Positions 27,880-39,200 are shown, counted from the stretch's first letter. The stretch: DNA of 64,000 nt from Anaeromyxobacteraceae bacterium (GCA_047602405.1 JASGHJ010000002.1:896001-960000); one strand, 5' to 3'. The notes: generated by a model not told the origin, from the sequence alone. Numbers and translations are program-made.

Positions 27880-28860
27880 ATGCGCTCCCTCATCACCGGC
27901 ACCGGCTCGTACGTCCCCGAGAAGATCCTCACGAACGCCGACCTCGAGAGGATGGTCGAGACGAACGATCAGTGGATCGTCGAGCGGACCGGCATCAAGG
28001 AGCGCCACATCGCGGCGCCCGAGCAGGCGTCCTCCGACCTCGCGGTCGAGGCCTCGAAGCGGGCGCTCGAGATGGCGGGCATGAAGGCCGAGGATCTCGA
28101 CCTCATCGTGGTCGGCACCATCAGCCCCGACTTCCAGTTCCCGTCCTGCGCCGCGGTCGTGCAGGGCAAGCTCGGCAACAAGAAGGCGTTCGTGTTCGAC
28201 GTCTCGGCTGCCTGCGCGGGCTCGCTCTACGCCCTCAGCGTGGCCGACCGGTTCGTGGTGTCGGGCGCGGTGAAGAACGCCCTCGTCATCGGCGTCGAGA
28301 CGCTCTCCCGCATCACCGACTGGACCGACCGCAACACCTGCGTGCTCTTCGGCGACGGCGCCGGCGCGATGGTGCTGCAGCCGGGGTCGGACGACCGCCG
28401 CGGCCTCGCGAGCGTCAAGCTCCACACCGACGGCTCGCTCGTGCCGATCCTCTACATGCCGGGCGGCGGCTCGAAGGAGCCGATCTCGCAGAAGATCATC
28501 GACGAGAAGAGCCACTTCGTGAAGATGAACGGCCGCGAGGTGTTCAAGGTGGCCGTCCGCGCGCTCGACGAGAGCTGCCGCGAGGCGCTCGCCGCCGAGA
28601 AGCTCTCGCCCTCCGACGTCACCTGGGTCTGCGCGCACCAGGCGAACAAGCGGATCATCGACGCGACGCTCGAGCGGCTCGGCATCCCGCCGGAGAAGTG
28701 CTGGATGAACGTGCACAAGTACGGCAACACCTCCTCGGCCAGCGTCCCGATGACGCTCGACGAGGCGAACCGCGCCGGGTGGCTGAAGCCCGGCGACGTC
28801 GTCCTCATGACCGCGATCGGCGCCGGCATGGCCTGGGGCGCGGGCGTCATCCGCTGGTAG
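27880..28860 (+). CDS. fabH: 3-oxoacyl-ACP synthase III
   Basis: 'AACAG', 'HQAN' and 'YGNTSSAS'. Confidence 0.96.
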   Translation: MRSLITGTGSYVPEKILTNADLERMVETNDQWIVERTGIKERHIAAPEQASSDLAVEASKRALEMAGMKAEDLDLIVVGTISPDFQFPSCAAVVQGKLGNKKAFVFDVSAACAGSLYALSVADRFVVSGAVKNALVIGVETLSRITDWTDRNTCVLFGDGAGAMVLQPGSDDRRGLASVKLHTDGSLVPILYMPGGGSKEPISQKIIDEKSHFVKMNGREVFKVAVRALDESCREALAAEKLSPSDVTWVCAHQANKRIIDATLERLGIPPEKCWMNVHKYGNTSSASVPMTLDEANRAGWLKPGDVVLMTAIGAGMAWGAGVIRW

Positions 28861-28871
28861 GAGCGATCACG

Positions 28872-29822
28872 ATGGGCAAGCTCGCATTCGTCTTCCCCGG
28901 CCAGGGCTCGCAGGCCGTCGGCATGGGCAAGGACCTCGTGGAGGCCTTCCCGGAGGCCCGCGCGGTGTTCGACGCGGTCGACGCCGCGCTCGGCGAGAAG
29001 CTCTCGGCCCTCTGCTTCGAGGGGCCCGAGGACGCGCTCAAGCTCACCGCCAACACCCAGCCCTGCATCCTCACCGTGTCGGCCGCGGCCGCCGCGGTGC
29101 TCGCGGCGCGCGGGGTGAAGCCGGACCTCGTGGCCGGCCACTCGCTCGGCGAGTACTCGGCGCTCGTCGCCGCCGGCGCCTGCACCGCCGCGGAGGCCGC
29201 GAAGGCCGTCCGCGCCCGCGGGACGTTCATGCAGGAGGCCGTGCCGGCCGGGCAGGGCGCCATGAGCGCCGTGCTCGGGCTCGCGCCCGCGAAGGTCGCC
29301 GAGCTGTGCCAGGCGGTGGCCGCCGAGACCGGCGAGGTGGTCTCGCCCGCGAACTTCAACGAGCCCGCCCAGACCGTCATCGCCGGCGCCGCCGGCGCGG
29401 TCGAGAAGGCCGGCCTGCGCATCAAGGAGGCCGGCGCGAAGCGGGTGGTGCCGCTCCCCGTGTCCGCCCCCTTCCACTCGGCGCTGATGCAGCCGGTGAA
29501 GGCCCGGCTCGAGCCGGTGCTGCGCGCCATCGCCTGGAAGGCCCCGGCCGTGCCGGTCGTCACGAACGTCGAGGCGAGGCCCAACGGTGACGCGGCGCGC
29601 ATCGTGCCGCTGCTCGTCGAGCAGGTGACCGCGCCCGTGCGCTGGATCGAGTGCGTCGAGGAGCTCGCGCGGCAGGGGGTGACCCGGGTGGTGGAGGTCG
29701 GCCCCGGCAAGGTGCTGTCCGGCCTGGTCCGGCGGATTCAGAAGGACATCGAGGTGCTGAACGTGGAAGATCGCGCCTCGCTCGAGAAGACCCTCGCGGC
29801 GCTGACGGCCGCGGGGACCTGA
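28872..29822 (+). CDS. fabD: Malonyl-CoA-ACP transacylase
   Basis: 'FPGQGSQ', 'GHSLGEY' and 'SAPFHS'. Confidence 0.96.
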   Translation: MGKLAFVFPGQGSQAVGMGKDLVEAFPEARAVFDAVDAALGEKLSALCFEGPEDALKLTANTQPCILTVSAAAAAVLAARGVKPDLVAGHSLGEYSALVAAGACTAAEAAKAVRARGTFMQEAVPAGQGAMSAVLGLAPAKVAELCQAVAAETGEVVSPANFNEPAQTVIAGAAGAVEKAGLRIKEAGAKRVVPLPVSAPFHSALMQPVKARLEPVLRAIAWKAPAVPVVTNVEARPNGDAARIVPLLVEQVTAPVRWIECVEELARQGVTRVVEVGPGKVLSGLVRRIQKDIEVLNVEDRASLEKTLAALTAAGT

Positions 29823-29831
29823 GGAGAGCCA

Positions 29832-30596
29832 ATGGCGGACTTCAAGGGCCAGAGCTTCAGCGGCAAGGTCGCGCTCGTCACCGGCGCGTCGCGCGGGATC
29901 GGGCGCGCCATCGCGCTCCGGCTCGCGAGGGGCGGCGCCACGGTCGCGATCAACTACGCCGGGAACGAGGCCGCCGCGAAGGAGGCCCACGACCTCGTGC
30001 TCGCCGCGGGCGCGCCGAAGGTGAAGCTCATGAAGTTCGACGTGGGCGATCCGGCCGCCTGCGCGAAGGCGATCGACGAGGTGGTGACCGAGCTCGGCGG
30101 GCTGCACGTGCTCGTCAACAACGCCGGCATCTCCATCGACGGCCTGCTGATGCGGCTCAAGGACGACGACTGGAACCGCCAGCTCCAGGTGAACCTCACC
30201 GGCGCGTTCAACCTGATGCGCGCGGCCTCCCGCCCGATGATGAAGGCGCGCGGCGGCGCGATCGTGAACGTCTCCTCGGTCGTCGGCGAGATGGGCAACG
30301 CGGGCCAGGCCGCCTACGCGGCCACGAAGGCGGGCCTCCTCGGCCTCACGAAGTCGGTCGCGCGGGAGCTCGCCTCCCGGAACATCCGCGTGAACGCGGT
30401 GACGCCCGGCTACATCGACACGGACATGACCGCGGCGCTCCCGGAGGCCGCGAAGAACAAGATGAAGGAGCTCATCCCGCTCGAGCGGCTCGGCACCGGC
30501 GACGACGTCGCCAGCGCCGTGGCCTTCCTCGCGAGCGACGATGCGGCCTACGTGACCGGAGAGGTCCTGAAGGTCAACGGCGGGATGTACATGTAG
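29832..30596 (+). CDS. fabG: 3-oxoacyl-ACP reductase
   Basis: 'TGASRGIG', 'NNAG' and 'YAATK'. Confidence 0.96.
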   Translation: MADFKGQSFSGKVALVTGASRGIGRAIALRLARGGATVAINYAGNEAAAKEAHDLVLAAGAPKVKLMKFDVGDPAACAKAIDEVVTELGGLHVLVNNAGISIDGLLMRLKDDDWNRQLQVNLTGAFNLMRAASRPMMKARGGAIVNVSSVVGEMGNAGQAAYAATKAGLLGLTKSVARELASRNIRVNAVTPGYIDTDMTAALPEAAKNKMKELIPLERLGTGDDVASAVAFLASDDAAYVTGEVLKVNGGMYM

Positions 30597-30680
30597 CCTC
30601 GGCCACCGCGCCGCGGCGAGAGCAGGCACACCAGGGTTTCAACACCACAGGGTTCACACCCACAACCGGAGGCGAAGACC

Positions 30681-30923
30681 ATGACGACGGCGAACATCGA
30701 GCAGAAGGTGAAGAACATCATCGCGGACCAGCTGGGCGTCGGCGAGGACGAGATCAAGCCCACCTCGAGCTTCATCGAGGACCTCGGCGCCGACTCGCTC
30801 GACATCGTCGAGCTCGTCATGGCGATGGAGGAGGAGTTCGAGGTCGAGATCCCGGACGAGGAGGCGGAGAACATCAAGACCGTCCAGGACGCGATCAACT
30901 ACGTCACGACGCACAAGAAGTAG
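30681..30923 (+). CDS. acpP: Acyl carrier protein
   Basis: '[14 protein letters not shown]'. Confidence 0.97.
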   Translation: MTTANIEQKVKNIIADQLGVGEDEIKPTSSFIEDLGADSLDIVELVMAMEEEFEVEIPDEEAENIKTVQDAINYVTTHKK

Positions 30924-30930
30924 TCCCTCG

Positions 30931-31024
30931 TCCTTCGACTTCGCCATCCCTCGTCTCCGCCACCGCTTCGCGGTGGCTACGCTCGGGACGTACGGTGTCG
31001 CGGTGGCTACGCTCAGGATGACGG
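30931..31024. repeat. Nested pair of REP/MITE-like palindromic repeats
   Basis: Outer CCTTCGACTTCGCCA...TCGCGGTGGCTACGCTCAGGATGACGG is interrupted by an inner homologous copy (30943-30995). Confidence 0.8.
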
Positions 31025-31083
31025 CGTGCGGGGCTGCCGCGGTGGCGCGGCGGTCCGCAATTTTCACTTGAGGTGAATCAGGT

Positions 31084-32328
31084 ATGACCAGGCGTCGCGT
31101 GGTGGTGACCGGGATCGGCATCGTGTCCCCGGTGGGGATCGGCACCGAGGAGACGTGGGCTGCGCTCGTCGCGGGCAAGAGCGGCGTGGGCCCCATCACG
31201 CAGTTCGACGCCTCCTCCTACCCGACCCGCATCGCGGCGGAGGTCAAGGACTTCGACCCGACGAAGTTCATGGAGAAGAAGGAGGCCCGCCGCAACGACC
31301 GCTTCATCCACTTCGCGATGGCCGCCGGCCAGATGGCGATGACCGACTCGGGCATCGACATGGCGAAGGAGGACCCGGAGCGGTTCGGCGCCATCATCGG
31401 CGCGGGCCTCGGCGGCCTGCGCACGATCGAGGACGAGCACTCCGTCATCACCGAGAAGGGCGTGAAGCGGGTCGGCCCGTTCTTCATCCCGAGCCTCATC
31501 GTGAACCTCGCCGCCGGGCAGCTCAGCCTGAGGTACGGCCTCAAGGGCCCGAACTTCGCGCCGGTCTCCGCCTGCGCGACGGGCAACCACTCGATCGGCG
31601 ACGCGATGATGTACATCGAGCGCGGCATGGCCGACGTCATGCTGACCGGCGGGTGCGAGGCCACCATCACCCCGCTCGGCATCGGCGGCTTCTGCGCGGC
31701 GCGCGCGCTCTCCGAGCGCAACGACGACCCGACGAAGGCGAGCCGGCCGTTCGACAAGGGGCGCGACGGCTTCGTCGCGGGCGAGGGCGCGGGCCTCCTC
31801 GTGGTCGAGGAGTACGAGCACGCGAAGAAGCGCGGCGCGCGCATCTACGCCGAGCTGTGCGGCTACGGCGCCTCGGCCGACGCGTACCACATCACCTCGC
31901 CGGCGCCGGAGGGCGAAGGCGGGCAGCGCGCGATGCGGATGGCGCTGAAGGACGCGGGGCTGTCGCCGGAGCAGGTCGGGTACGTCAACACCCACGGCAC
32001 CTCCACGCCGCAGGGCGACGTGGCCGAGTGCCAGGCGATCCTGAAGGTGTTCGGCGAGCACGCGGCGTCGAGGAAGCTCGCCATCTCCTCCACGAAGTCG
32101 ATGACCGGCCACCTCCTCGGCGGCGCGGGCGGCCTCGAGGCGGCGGTGAGCGTGCTCGCGCTCTCGCGCGGTGTCCTGCCCCCGACCATCAACGTCGAGG
32201 ACCAGGATCCGGAGTGCCCGCTCGACGTCGTCCCGAACGTCGCCCGCGAGCGCAAGGTCGACGCGGTCATGTCGAACTCGTTCGGGTTCGGCGGGACGAA
32301 CGCCGTCGTGATGTTCAAGAAGGTGTAG
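31084..32328 (+). CDS. fabF: 3-oxoacyl-ACP synthase II
   Basis: 'SACATG', 'HGTST', 'GHLLG' and 'NSFGFGG'. Confidence 0.96.
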   Translation: MTRRRVVVTGIGIVSPVGIGTEETWAALVAGKSGVGPITQFDASSYPTRIAAEVKDFDPTKFMEKKEARRNDRFIHFAMAAGQMAMTDSGIDMAKEDPERFGAIIGAGLGGLRTIEDEHSVITEKGVKRVGPFFIPSLIVNLAAGQLSLRYGLKGPNFAPVSACATGNHSIGDAMMYIERGMADVMLTGGCEATITPLGIGGFCAARALSERNDDPTKASRPFDKGRDGFVAGEGAGLLVVEEYEHAKKRGARIYAELCGYGASADAYHITSPAPEGEGGQRAMRMALKDAGLSPEQVGYVNTHGTSTPQGDVAECQAILKVFGEHAASRKLAISSTKSMTGHLLGGAGGLEAAVSVLALSRGVLPPTINVEDQDPECPLDVVPNVARERKVDAVMSNSFGFGGTNAVVMFKKV

Positions 32329-32339
32329 GCGGCCCGGCC

Positions 32340-33239
32340 TCAGGGCGAGACCGCGAGCTCCCGGAAGAGCTCGGTCTCGCCGCCGTAGGCGTCGATCCCG
32401 GCCACCCGGAGGAGCAGGGGGCCCGCGCCCGGCCCGAGCTGCACCGCGGCCGCCCAGCGGCCCCCGGCCGTGAGCTCGAGTGGGACGTCGGCGCCGTCGA
32501 GCGTCGCCTCGGCGCGGACGAGGAGGTACTTCGTCTCGATGCCGGCCGAGATGCGCAGCACGCCGGCCTCCACGACGTCGCCCGCGGGCTCGAAGAGCCG
32601 CACCGTCACGTTCGGCGTGTTGCGCGGGGAGATCTCGAAGCGCGCCTCGGCCGCCGCGCCGCCGCCGTCCGGGACGGCGCGCACGGCCGCCGGCCCCGGG
32701 CGCCACGGCGCGACGTAGCCCCCGGCGCCGTCGATGGTGCCGGCGCTCGCCTCGAGGCGCACGGCGCCGCCGCCGGCGACCCGCGCGTCGAAGCTCCACA
32801 CCGCCCGCGTGAAGAGCCCGCCGGGCGCCGGGGAGAGCCAGGCGTCGCCGGGCGGGAGCACCGCGAGGTGGAGCAGGGCCTCGGCGCCCCCGGCGGCGTT
32901 GCGCGCCGTGACCCGGTACGCGGCCATCGGCGCGAGCGCGGCGGGCGCGCCGGTCACGGCGCCGGTCGAGGGGTCGAGCGAGAGCCCGGACGGCAGCGGC
33001 GGCTCCACCGACCAGGCCTCGGCCGCGCCGCCCGTGCCCGCGCCCGGCGAGAGCGCGGTGGCCATGCCCAGCGCGAGCACGTGCGGGCCCGCCGGGTAGT
33101 CGAGGCCGGCGGGGGGCGCGAGGCGCGGCTCGAAAGGCGCCGCGGGGACCTCGACCAGGGTCCCCGGCGCGGCCTGCCCACCGTGACAGCCGGCGAGGGC
33201 GAGGAGGGCGAGCGCCGGGAGGGCGGCGAGGCGGAGCAC
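32340..33239 (-). CDS. Lipoprotein with putative Ig domain
   Basis: Lipobox LAGC; 'PLPSGLSLDPSTGAVTGAP...YRVTARN' He_PIG-like motif. Confidence 0.7.
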   Translation of the reverse strand: MLRLAALPALALLALAGCHGGQAAPGTLVEVPAAPFEPRLAPPAGLDYPAGPHVLALGMATALSPGAGTGGAAEAWSVEPPLPSGLSLDPSTGAVTGAPAALAPMAAYRVTARNAAGGAEALLHLAVLPPGDAWLSPAPGGLFTRAVWSFDARVAGGGAVRLEASAGTIDGAGGYVAPWRPGPAAVRAVPDGGGAAAEARFEISPRNTPNVTVRLFEPAGDVVEAGVLRISAGIETKYLLVRAEATLDGADVPLELTAGGRWAAAVQLGPGAGPLLLRVAGIDAYGGETELFRELAVSP

Positions 33240-33348
33240 ACCGACTCCTTAGCCCGCGCGCGCCGCCGGCCGAGAGGGGGCATCCTGTCGCACCGGCCCT
33301 GTCGGACGGCTATGAGATACCCCCGTCCCACCCGAGGAGCGTGAAGCC

Positions 33349-33795
33349 ATGGCCACGATCGTCGCCGCATCCGACCACGCCGGGCTCGTCCTGCGCGCCG
33401 AGGCCGTGAAGGCCGCGCGCGAGGCCGGGCACGAGGTCGTCGACCTCGGGCCGTCCGACGGGCAGAGCGTCGACTACCCGAACTACGCCGAGAAGCTCAC
33501 CGGCGAGCTCGTCGCGGGCCGTGCGAAGCTCGGGATCCTCGTGTGCGGCACCGGCATCGGGATGTCGATCGCGGCCAACAAGGTGAAGGGCATCCGCGCC
33601 GCCGTCTGCCGGACCGAGTACGAGGCGCGGATGGCGCGGGCACACAACGACGCGAACGTGCTCTGCCTGGGCGAGCGGGTCACCGGGCTCGGGGTGGGGG
33701 CGGCCGTCGTGAAGGCGTTCCTCGAGACGCCGTTCGAGGGCGGCCGGCACCAGCGCCGGGTCGATCAGCTGGGCGCGCTCGACCAGAAGCGCTGA
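33349..33795 (+). CDS. rpiB: Ribose-5-phosphate isomerase B
   Basis: 'SDHAG', 'CGTGIG', 'HNDAN' and 'FEGGRH'. Confidence 0.96.
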   Translation: MATIVAASDHAGLVLRAEAVKAAREAGHEVVDLGPSDGQSVDYPNYAEKLTGELVAGRAKLGILVCGTGIGMSIAANKVKGIRAAVCRTEYEARMARAHNDANVLCLGERVTGLGVGAAVVKAFLETPFEGGRHQRRVDQLGALDQKR

Positions 33796-33865
33796 TCATC
33801 ACGGACGTTTTTCGGCGTTCGTGGGCCATTGCGGACCCTGCCGCAGCGCGATAGAACCGCCGGCC

Positions 33866-35119
33866 ATGATGCCCAGAGAGCGCCTCTCCGAGGCCGACCC
33901 CGAGATCGCGAAGCTCGTGCGCGAGGAGACCCGCCGGCAGGCCGAGGGGCTCGAGCTCATCGCCTCCGAGAACTTCGTGTCCCCCGCCGTGCTCGAGGCG
34001 GTCGGCTCGACGCTCACGAACAAGTACGCCGAGGGCTACCCGGGCAAGCGCTACTACGGCGGCTGCGAGGTCGTCGACCAGGTCGAGCAGCTCGCCATCG
34101 ACCGCGCGAAGAAGCTCTTCGGCGCCGACCACGCGAACGTCCAGCCGCACTCGGGCTCGCAGGCGAACATGGCCGCGTACTTCGCGCTCGCCCAGCCCGG
34201 CGACACGATCCTCGCGATGAGCCTCAACTTCGGCGGCCACCTCACCCACGGCTCGCCGGTGAACTTCTCCGGCAAGCTCTACAAGATCGTGCCGTACGGG
34301 CTGCGCCAGGCCGACGAGACGATCGACATGGACGAGGTGGCGCGCCTCGCCCGCGAGCACCGCCCGAAGATCCTCGTCGTCGGCGCGAGCGCGTACCCCC
34401 GCACGCTCCACTTCGAGCGGTTCGCCGAGATCGCCCGCGAGGTCGGCGCGGCGATGGTCGTCGACATGGCGCACATCGCGGGCCTCGTCGCCGCGGGCGT
34501 GCACCCGAGCCCGGTGCCGTACGCCGAGATCGTCACCACCACCACGCACAAGACCCTGCGCGGCCCGCGCGGCGGCATGATCCTCGCCCGCGAGGCGCAC
34601 GCGAAGACCCTCAACTCGCAGATCTTCCCGGGCATCCAGGGCGGACCGCTCGAGCACGTCATCGCCGGCAAGGCGGTCGCGCTCGGCGAGGCGCTCCGGC
34701 CGGCGTTCAAGGACTACGCGCGCCAGGTCGTCGCGAACGCGCAGGAGATGGCGGAGGGCCTGAAGGCGGTCGGCCTGCGCCTCGTCTCCGGCGGCACCGA
34801 CAACCACCTCATGCTCGTCGACCTGCGCCCGAAGAAGCTCACCGGCAAGGTCGCCGAGGAGGCGCTCGGGAAGGCCGGCATCACGGTCAACAAGAACATG
34901 ATCCCGTGGGATCCCGAGAAGCCGATGACCACCTCGGGCATCCGCGTCGGCACCCCCGCGCTCACCACCCGCGGGATGGGCACGAAGGAGATGGCGCTCG
35001 TCGCGAAGCTCATCGGCCGCGCCCTCGACGCGCCGGCGGACGACGCGGCCCTCGCGAAGATCCGGGCCGAGGTGCGGGAGCTCTGCGCGCACTTCCCCAT
35101 GTACGCGGACCGGATGTAG
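33866..35119 (+). CDS. glyA: Serine hydroxymethyltransferase
   Basis: 'LIASEN', 'YAEGYP' and '[13 protein letters not shown]'. Confidence 0.97.
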   Translation: MMPRERLSEADPEIAKLVREETRRQAEGLELIASENFVSPAVLEAVGSTLTNKYAEGYPGKRYYGGCEVVDQVEQLAIDRAKKLFGADHANVQPHSGSQANMAAYFALAQPGDTILAMSLNFGGHLTHGSPVNFSGKLYKIVPYGLRQADETIDMDEVARLAREHRPKILVVGASAYPRTLHFERFAEIAREVGAAMVVDMAHIAGLVAAGVHPSPVPYAEIVTTTTHKTLRGPRGGMILAREAHAKTLNSQIFPGIQGGPLEHVIAGKAVALGEALRPAFKDYARQVVANAQEMAEGLKAVGLRLVSGGTDNHLMLVDLRPKKLTGKVAEEALGKAGITVNKNMIPWDPEKPMTTSGIRVGTPALTTRGMGTKEMALVAKLIGRALDAPADDAALAKIRAEVRELCAHFPMYADRM

Positions 35120-35580
35120 TGCGCTGCCCCTGGTGCGGAAACCTCGAGGATCGCGTCGTCGACTCACGCGAGGCCGGCGAGGGGACCGCCACGCGCCGGC
35201 GCCGGGAGTGCGCCGGCTGCGGGCGCCGCTTCACGACCTACGAGCGGATCGAGGAGATCCTCCCGCACGTCGTGAAGAAGGACGGCCGGCGGGAGCCCTT
35301 CGACCGCAAGAAGATCCTCGAGGGCGTCGGCCGGGCCTGCCAGAAGCGGCCGGTCTCGGCCGAGCAGATCGAGGCGCTCGTCATGGGGATCGAGCGCGAG
35401 CTGCAGGACCTCGGCGAGCGCGAGATCCGGACGACCGCGATCGGCGAGGCCGTGATGAAGCGGCTGCGCGCGCTGGACGAGGTCGCCTACGTCCGCTTCG
35501 CCTCGGTCTACCGCGCCTTCCGCGACGTCGCCGAGTTCATGAGCGAGCTCGAGCACCTCGTGAAGAAGGGCCCCCGGTGA
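35119..35580 (+). CDS. nrdR: Transcriptional repressor NrdR
   Basis: 'RCPWC...VVDSR...[17 protein letters not shown]', ATP cone and '[10 protein letters not shown]'. Confidence 0.96.
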   Translation: MRCPWCGNLEDRVVDSREAGEGTATRRRRECAGCGRRFTTYERIEEILPHVVKKDGRREPFDRKKILEGVGRACQKRPVSAEQIEALVMGIERELQDLGEREIRTTAIGEAVMKRLRALDEVAYVRFASVYRAFRDVAEFMSELEHLVKKGPR

Positions 35581-36698
35581 GCCCCCGGCCGTCGCCGTCC
35601 CGGCCGGAGCGGTTCATGGCCGCGGCGCTGCGGGCCGCCCGGCGCGGCCTGGGCCGCACGAGCCCGAACCCGGCGGTGGGGGCGGTGGTCGTGAAGGACG
35701 GTCGCGTCGTCGGGCGCGGCTTCCACGCGCGCGCGGGCGCGGCGCACGCCGAGGTCGTGGCGCTCCGGCAGGCCGGCCCCGCCGCGCGCGGCGCCGACCT
35801 CTACACGACGCTCGAGCCCTGCGATCACACCGGCAAGACCGGCCCGTGCTCGGTCGCCATCCTCGAGGCCGGCGTCCGCCGCGTCTTCACCGGCTCCCAC
35901 GACCCGAACCCGCTCGTGAACGGCAAGGGCGTCGCGCGGCTGCGCGCCGGCGGCGTCGAGGTGATCGAGGACGTGCTGCGGGCGGAGTGCGACGCGCTCG
36001 TCGCCCCCTGGCAGACCTTCATGCGCGAGCGGCGGCCCTTCGTGACCCTCAAGGCCGCGGTCACGCTCGACGGCCGCCTGGCGACCCGCACCGGCGACGC
36101 CCGCTGGGTGACCGGCGAGGCCGCCCGCGAGCGCGTGCACCGGCTGCGCGACGAGGTCGACGCGGTGCTCGTGGGGAGCGGCACCGCCCGGGCCGACGAC
36201 CCGCGGCTCACGACCCGGCTCCCCGGGGGGAAGGGCCGCGACCCGCTCCGCGTCGTGCTCGACACCGAGCTCCGGCTGCCCCCGCGCCTCGCGCTCCTCC
36301 GCGGCGGGTCGAAGGCGCCGACCGTGGTCGCGCACGCGCCGGACGCCCGCGCGCGCCGCCCGGCCGGACCGGGCGTCGAGCGGCTCGCGGTCCGCCGGGG
36401 CAAGGGCGGCCTCTCGCTGCCGGACCTCCTCGCGAAGCTCGCGGCCCGGGGCGTCGTGCACCTCCTCGTGGAGGGCGGCGCGGCCGTGCACGCGCGGTTC
36501 CTCGAGGCGGGGCTCGTCGACCGGGTGATGGTCTTCGTCGCGCCGAAGCTCGCCGGGGCCGACGGCGTGCCGCTCGCGGCCCTGCGCGGCCCCGCGCGGA
36601 TGGCGGAGGCGATCTCGCTCCGCGACGTCTCGGTGGAGCGGCTCGGCGACGACGTGCTCGTCGCCGGCGCGCTGGTGAAGAAGGCCCGGCGCGGCTAG
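35577..36698 (+). CDS. ribD: Riboflavin biosynthesis deaminase/reductase
   Basis: 'PNPAVG', 'HAE', '[13 protein letters not shown]' and 'VEGG'. Confidence 0.95.
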   Translation: MSPRPSPSRPERFMAAALRAARRGLGRTSPNPAVGAVVVKDGRVVGRGFHARAGAAHAEVVALRQAGPAARGADLYTTLEPCDHTGKTGPCSVAILEAGVRRVFTGSHDPNPLVNGKGVARLRAGGVEVIEDVLRAECDALVAPWQTFMRERRPFVTLKAAVTLDGRLATRTGDARWVTGEAARERVHRLRDEVDAVLVGSGTARADDPRLTTRLPGGKGRDPLRVVLDTELRLPPRLALLRGGSKAPTVVAHAPDARARRPAGPGVERLAVRRGKGGLSLPDLLAKLAARGVVHLLVEGGAAVHARFLEAGLVDRVMVFVAPKLAGADGVPLAALRGPARMAEAISLRDVSVERLGDDVLVAGALVKKARRG

Positions 36699-36709
36699 GA
36701 TCCCGCGCC

Positions 36710-37354
36710 ATGTTCACCGGACTCGTCAGCGACATCGGCGTCGTCGAGCGGATCGTGCCGCGGCAGGGCGGCGCCCGCCTGGCCGTCCGGCCGTCGAAGC
36801 TCGCCGTCGACGCCCTCGTCCACGGCGAGAGCGTGGCCTGCTCCGGCGCGTGCCTGACGGTGATCGAGCGGGGGGGCGGGCTCGTCTCCTTCGACGCGAT
36901 CCCGGAGACGCTCTCCCGCACGACGCTCGGCGGCTGGCGCTCCGGCACCCGCATCAACCTCGAGCGCGCGCTCGCGCTGGGGGAGCGCCTCGGCGGGCAC
37001 CTCGTGCAGGGGCACGTCGACGCGGTGGGCGAGGTGCTCGCGAAGGTGGTGGAGGGGCAGGGCGCCCGCCTGACGGTGTCGCTGCCGGCGTCCATCGCGC
37101 CGCTCGTCGCCGAGAAGGGCTCCATCGCGATCGACGGCGTGTCGCTCACGGTCGCGGCGGTGACGCGGGACCGGATGGAGATCGGGCTCATCCCGGAGAC
37201 GCTCGCGGCCACGACGCTCGGCGACGCGGCCCCGGGCACGAAGGTGAACCTCGAGGCGGACGTCCTCGCCCGGCACGTGGCGCGCCTCCGGGAGTTCGCG
37301 CCGCTCCGGGAGCAGGATCTCGCCGGCTGGGGCTACGGCCCCCGCGGCACGTAG
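36710..37354 (+). CDS. ribE: Riboflavin synthase alpha chain
   Basis: 'MFTGLV', 'GGHLVQGHVD' and 'KGSIAIDGVSLT'. Confidence 0.95.
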   Translation: MFTGLVSDIGVVERIVPRQGGARLAVRPSKLAVDALVHGESVACSGACLTVIERGGGLVSFDAIPETLSRTTLGGWRSGTRINLERALALGERLGGHLVQGHVDAVGEVLAKVVEGQGARLTVSLPASIAPLVAEKGSIAIDGVSLTVAAVTRDRMEIGLIPETLAATTLGDAAPGTKVNLEADVLARHVARLREFAPLREQDLAGWGYGPRGT

Positions 37355-37392
37355 CGTCACGGTCAGCGCGCGCCTGCGACGCAGCGCCGCGC

Positions 37393-37444
37393 TGTCGAAT
37401 CCGCCGACAACCCTGTCGAGCCCCGGCTGTCCAGCGGCTCGACA
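37393..37444. promoter_or_regulatory. Putative enhancer sites (UAS) for a sigma54 activator
   Basis: Two 17-bp dyads, TGTCG-N7-CGACA (37393-37409) and TGTCC-N7-CGACA (37428-37444), plus a half-site at 37414. Confidence 0.6.
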
Positions 37445-37483
37445 CCCTCCCCGCAACCTCCCGGTCCCACGGGCGCTCCGCGC

Positions 37484-37499
37484 TGGCGCGGCGGCTGCA
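37484..37499 (+). promoter_or_regulatory. Sigma54 (-24/-12) promoter
   Basis: TGGCGC-GGCGG-CTGCA with exact GG-N10-GC spacing. Confidence 0.6.
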
Positions 37500-37577
37500 C
37501 AGGCGTCGCGCGCCGGCGTACTCGCGCCGGCCAGACACGTCACGGTTTCACTCCAGGTCTTCGACGAGGTTCACACC

Positions 37578-39110
37578 ATGAGCGACAGCAGCTTCTCGCG
37601 CCGCAACTTCCTCAGCCGGGCCGCCGTGGCGGCCGCGGGCGCCGGCGTGCTCACCGCCTGCGGCAGCGACTCCGACGACAAGGCGGCCGACTTCTGGCTC
37701 CCCGCCCGCTGGGACGCGGAGGCCGACGTGGTCATCGTCGGCTTCGGCGCCGCCGGCGCCTCGGCGGCCTACCACGCCGCGAAGGCGGGCGCGTCCGTCC
37801 GCGTGCTCGACACGAGCGAGGCAGGCGGCGGCGACACCGCGGCCTCGGGCGGCTTCGTGTTCTTCGGCGGCGGCACCGCCCTGCAGGCGCAGGCGGGTGT
37901 CGCCGAGACGGCCGACCAGATGCTCGCGACCGTCCGCGCGATGGGCGGCGACCAGGCCGACCCGGAGCTCCAGAAGGTCTGGTGCCAGCGGAACAAGGAG
38001 GCCTACGACTTCCTCGATCAGGCCTGCGGCACCAGCTGGGGCCCGGCCGACATGATGTTCACCGGGAACGAGGCGCACGGCATGTACGCGAGCGTCGCCC
38101 CGAACGGCGTCCCGGTGAAGCACGGCCTGCTCGACCCGGAGGGCGGCGCCGGCCTGTTCTCCAAGATCTCGACCGCGGTCCTCGCGACGCCGGGCGTGAC
38201 CTTCACCGGCCTCATGAAGGCGGTGCGGCTCGTCCAGGACCCGAGGACCCGCCGCGTCCTCGGCGTGGTGGCGAAGCCCGTCACCGACACCGGTGCGTTC
38301 GTCGAGGGGGCCGCGGAGCAGTTCTTCAAGGCGCGGAAGGGCGTCGTCGTCGCGACGGGCGCCTTCAGCCGCGACACCGCGATGATGGCGCGTCACTCGA
38401 CCGACCTCGCGCGCCTCACCCACCTCGCCAACAAGTACGCCGACGGCTCGGGCATCCGGATGGGCCAGGCGGTCGGCGGCGACGTGCGCAACATGAAGAC
38501 GTTCTGGGCCTACTGCCTGAAGGCCGGGACGCCGGCGTTCTCGAAGTCGGTGCTGATCGACGAGGCGGGCTCCCGGTTCGCCCCGGAGGACGCGAGCCCG
38601 TACACGATCGGCTACCACCAGGTGCGGCAGCACCCCGTCGCCTTCGCCATCGCCGACGCCTCCGTGTACGCCGTGAAGCCCTCCGGCGGCTACGAGGGCG
38701 CGACGATAGAGGCGCTCGTCGCGGCGATCAACGCGGGCGAGGGGACCTCGCTGTCGGCGCCGGTCGTGAAGGCCACGATCGACGGCTACAACGCCATGGT
38801 GGCGGGTGGGTCCGATCCGGTCTTCAAGAAGGCCGCCGCCTACCTGGTCCCCATCTCCACCGGGCCGTTCTACGCGGTGAAGGTCAGCGCCTCGGACGCC
38901 ATCGGCACCACGACGGGCGGCCTCCGCATCGACACGGCCTCTCGCCTCCTCGACCCCGCCGGCGCGGCGATCCCGTCGCTCTACGCGGCCGGGACCTGCA
39001 CGAGCGCCGCGCCGTCCGAGCGCTACACCGGCTCGGGGACCGCCATCTCGAGCTGCCTCACCTTCGGCAAGATCGCGGCCGAGGGCGTGGTGGCCGAGAC
39101 CGCCTGGTAG
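37578..39110 (+). CDS. Tat lipoprotein FAD-dependent oxidoreductase (flavocytochrome c flavin subunit family)
   Basis: SRRNFL...LTAC signal, 'VVIVGFGAAG', 'GGDTAASGG', 'ATGAF', 'TTGGLRID' and 'SLYAAG'. Confidence 0.88.
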   Translation: MSDSSFSRRNFLSRAAVAAAGAGVLTACGSDSDDKAADFWLPARWDAEADVVIVGFGAAGASAAYHAAKAGASVRVLDTSEAGGGDTAASGGFVFFGGGTALQAQAGVAETADQMLATVRAMGGDQADPELQKVWCQRNKEAYDFLDQACGTSWGPADMMFTGNEAHGMYASVAPNGVPVKHGLLDPEGGAGLFSKISTAVLATPGVTFTGLMKAVRLVQDPRTRRVLGVVAKPVTDTGAFVEGAAEQFFKARKGVVVATGAFSRDTAMMARHSTDLARLTHLANKYADGSGIRMGQAVGGDVRNMKTFWAYCLKAGTPAFSKSVLIDEAGSRFAPEDASPYTIGYHQVRQHPVAFAIADASVYAVKPSGGYEGATIEALVAAINAGEGTSLSAPVVKATIDGYNAMVAGGSDPVFKKAAAYLVPISTGPFYAVKVSASDAIGTTTGGLRIDTASRLLDPAGAAIPSLYAAGTCTSAAPSERYTGSGTAISSCLTFGKIAAEGVVAETAW

Positions 39111-39200
39111 CCGCTTCACCTTCCGCAGGCCGGACCGCCCCGCGCCGCGGGGTGGTCCGGCCCCTTCAAGCGGGCCCGAGACGGCCCGCGAGGAGCAGAC

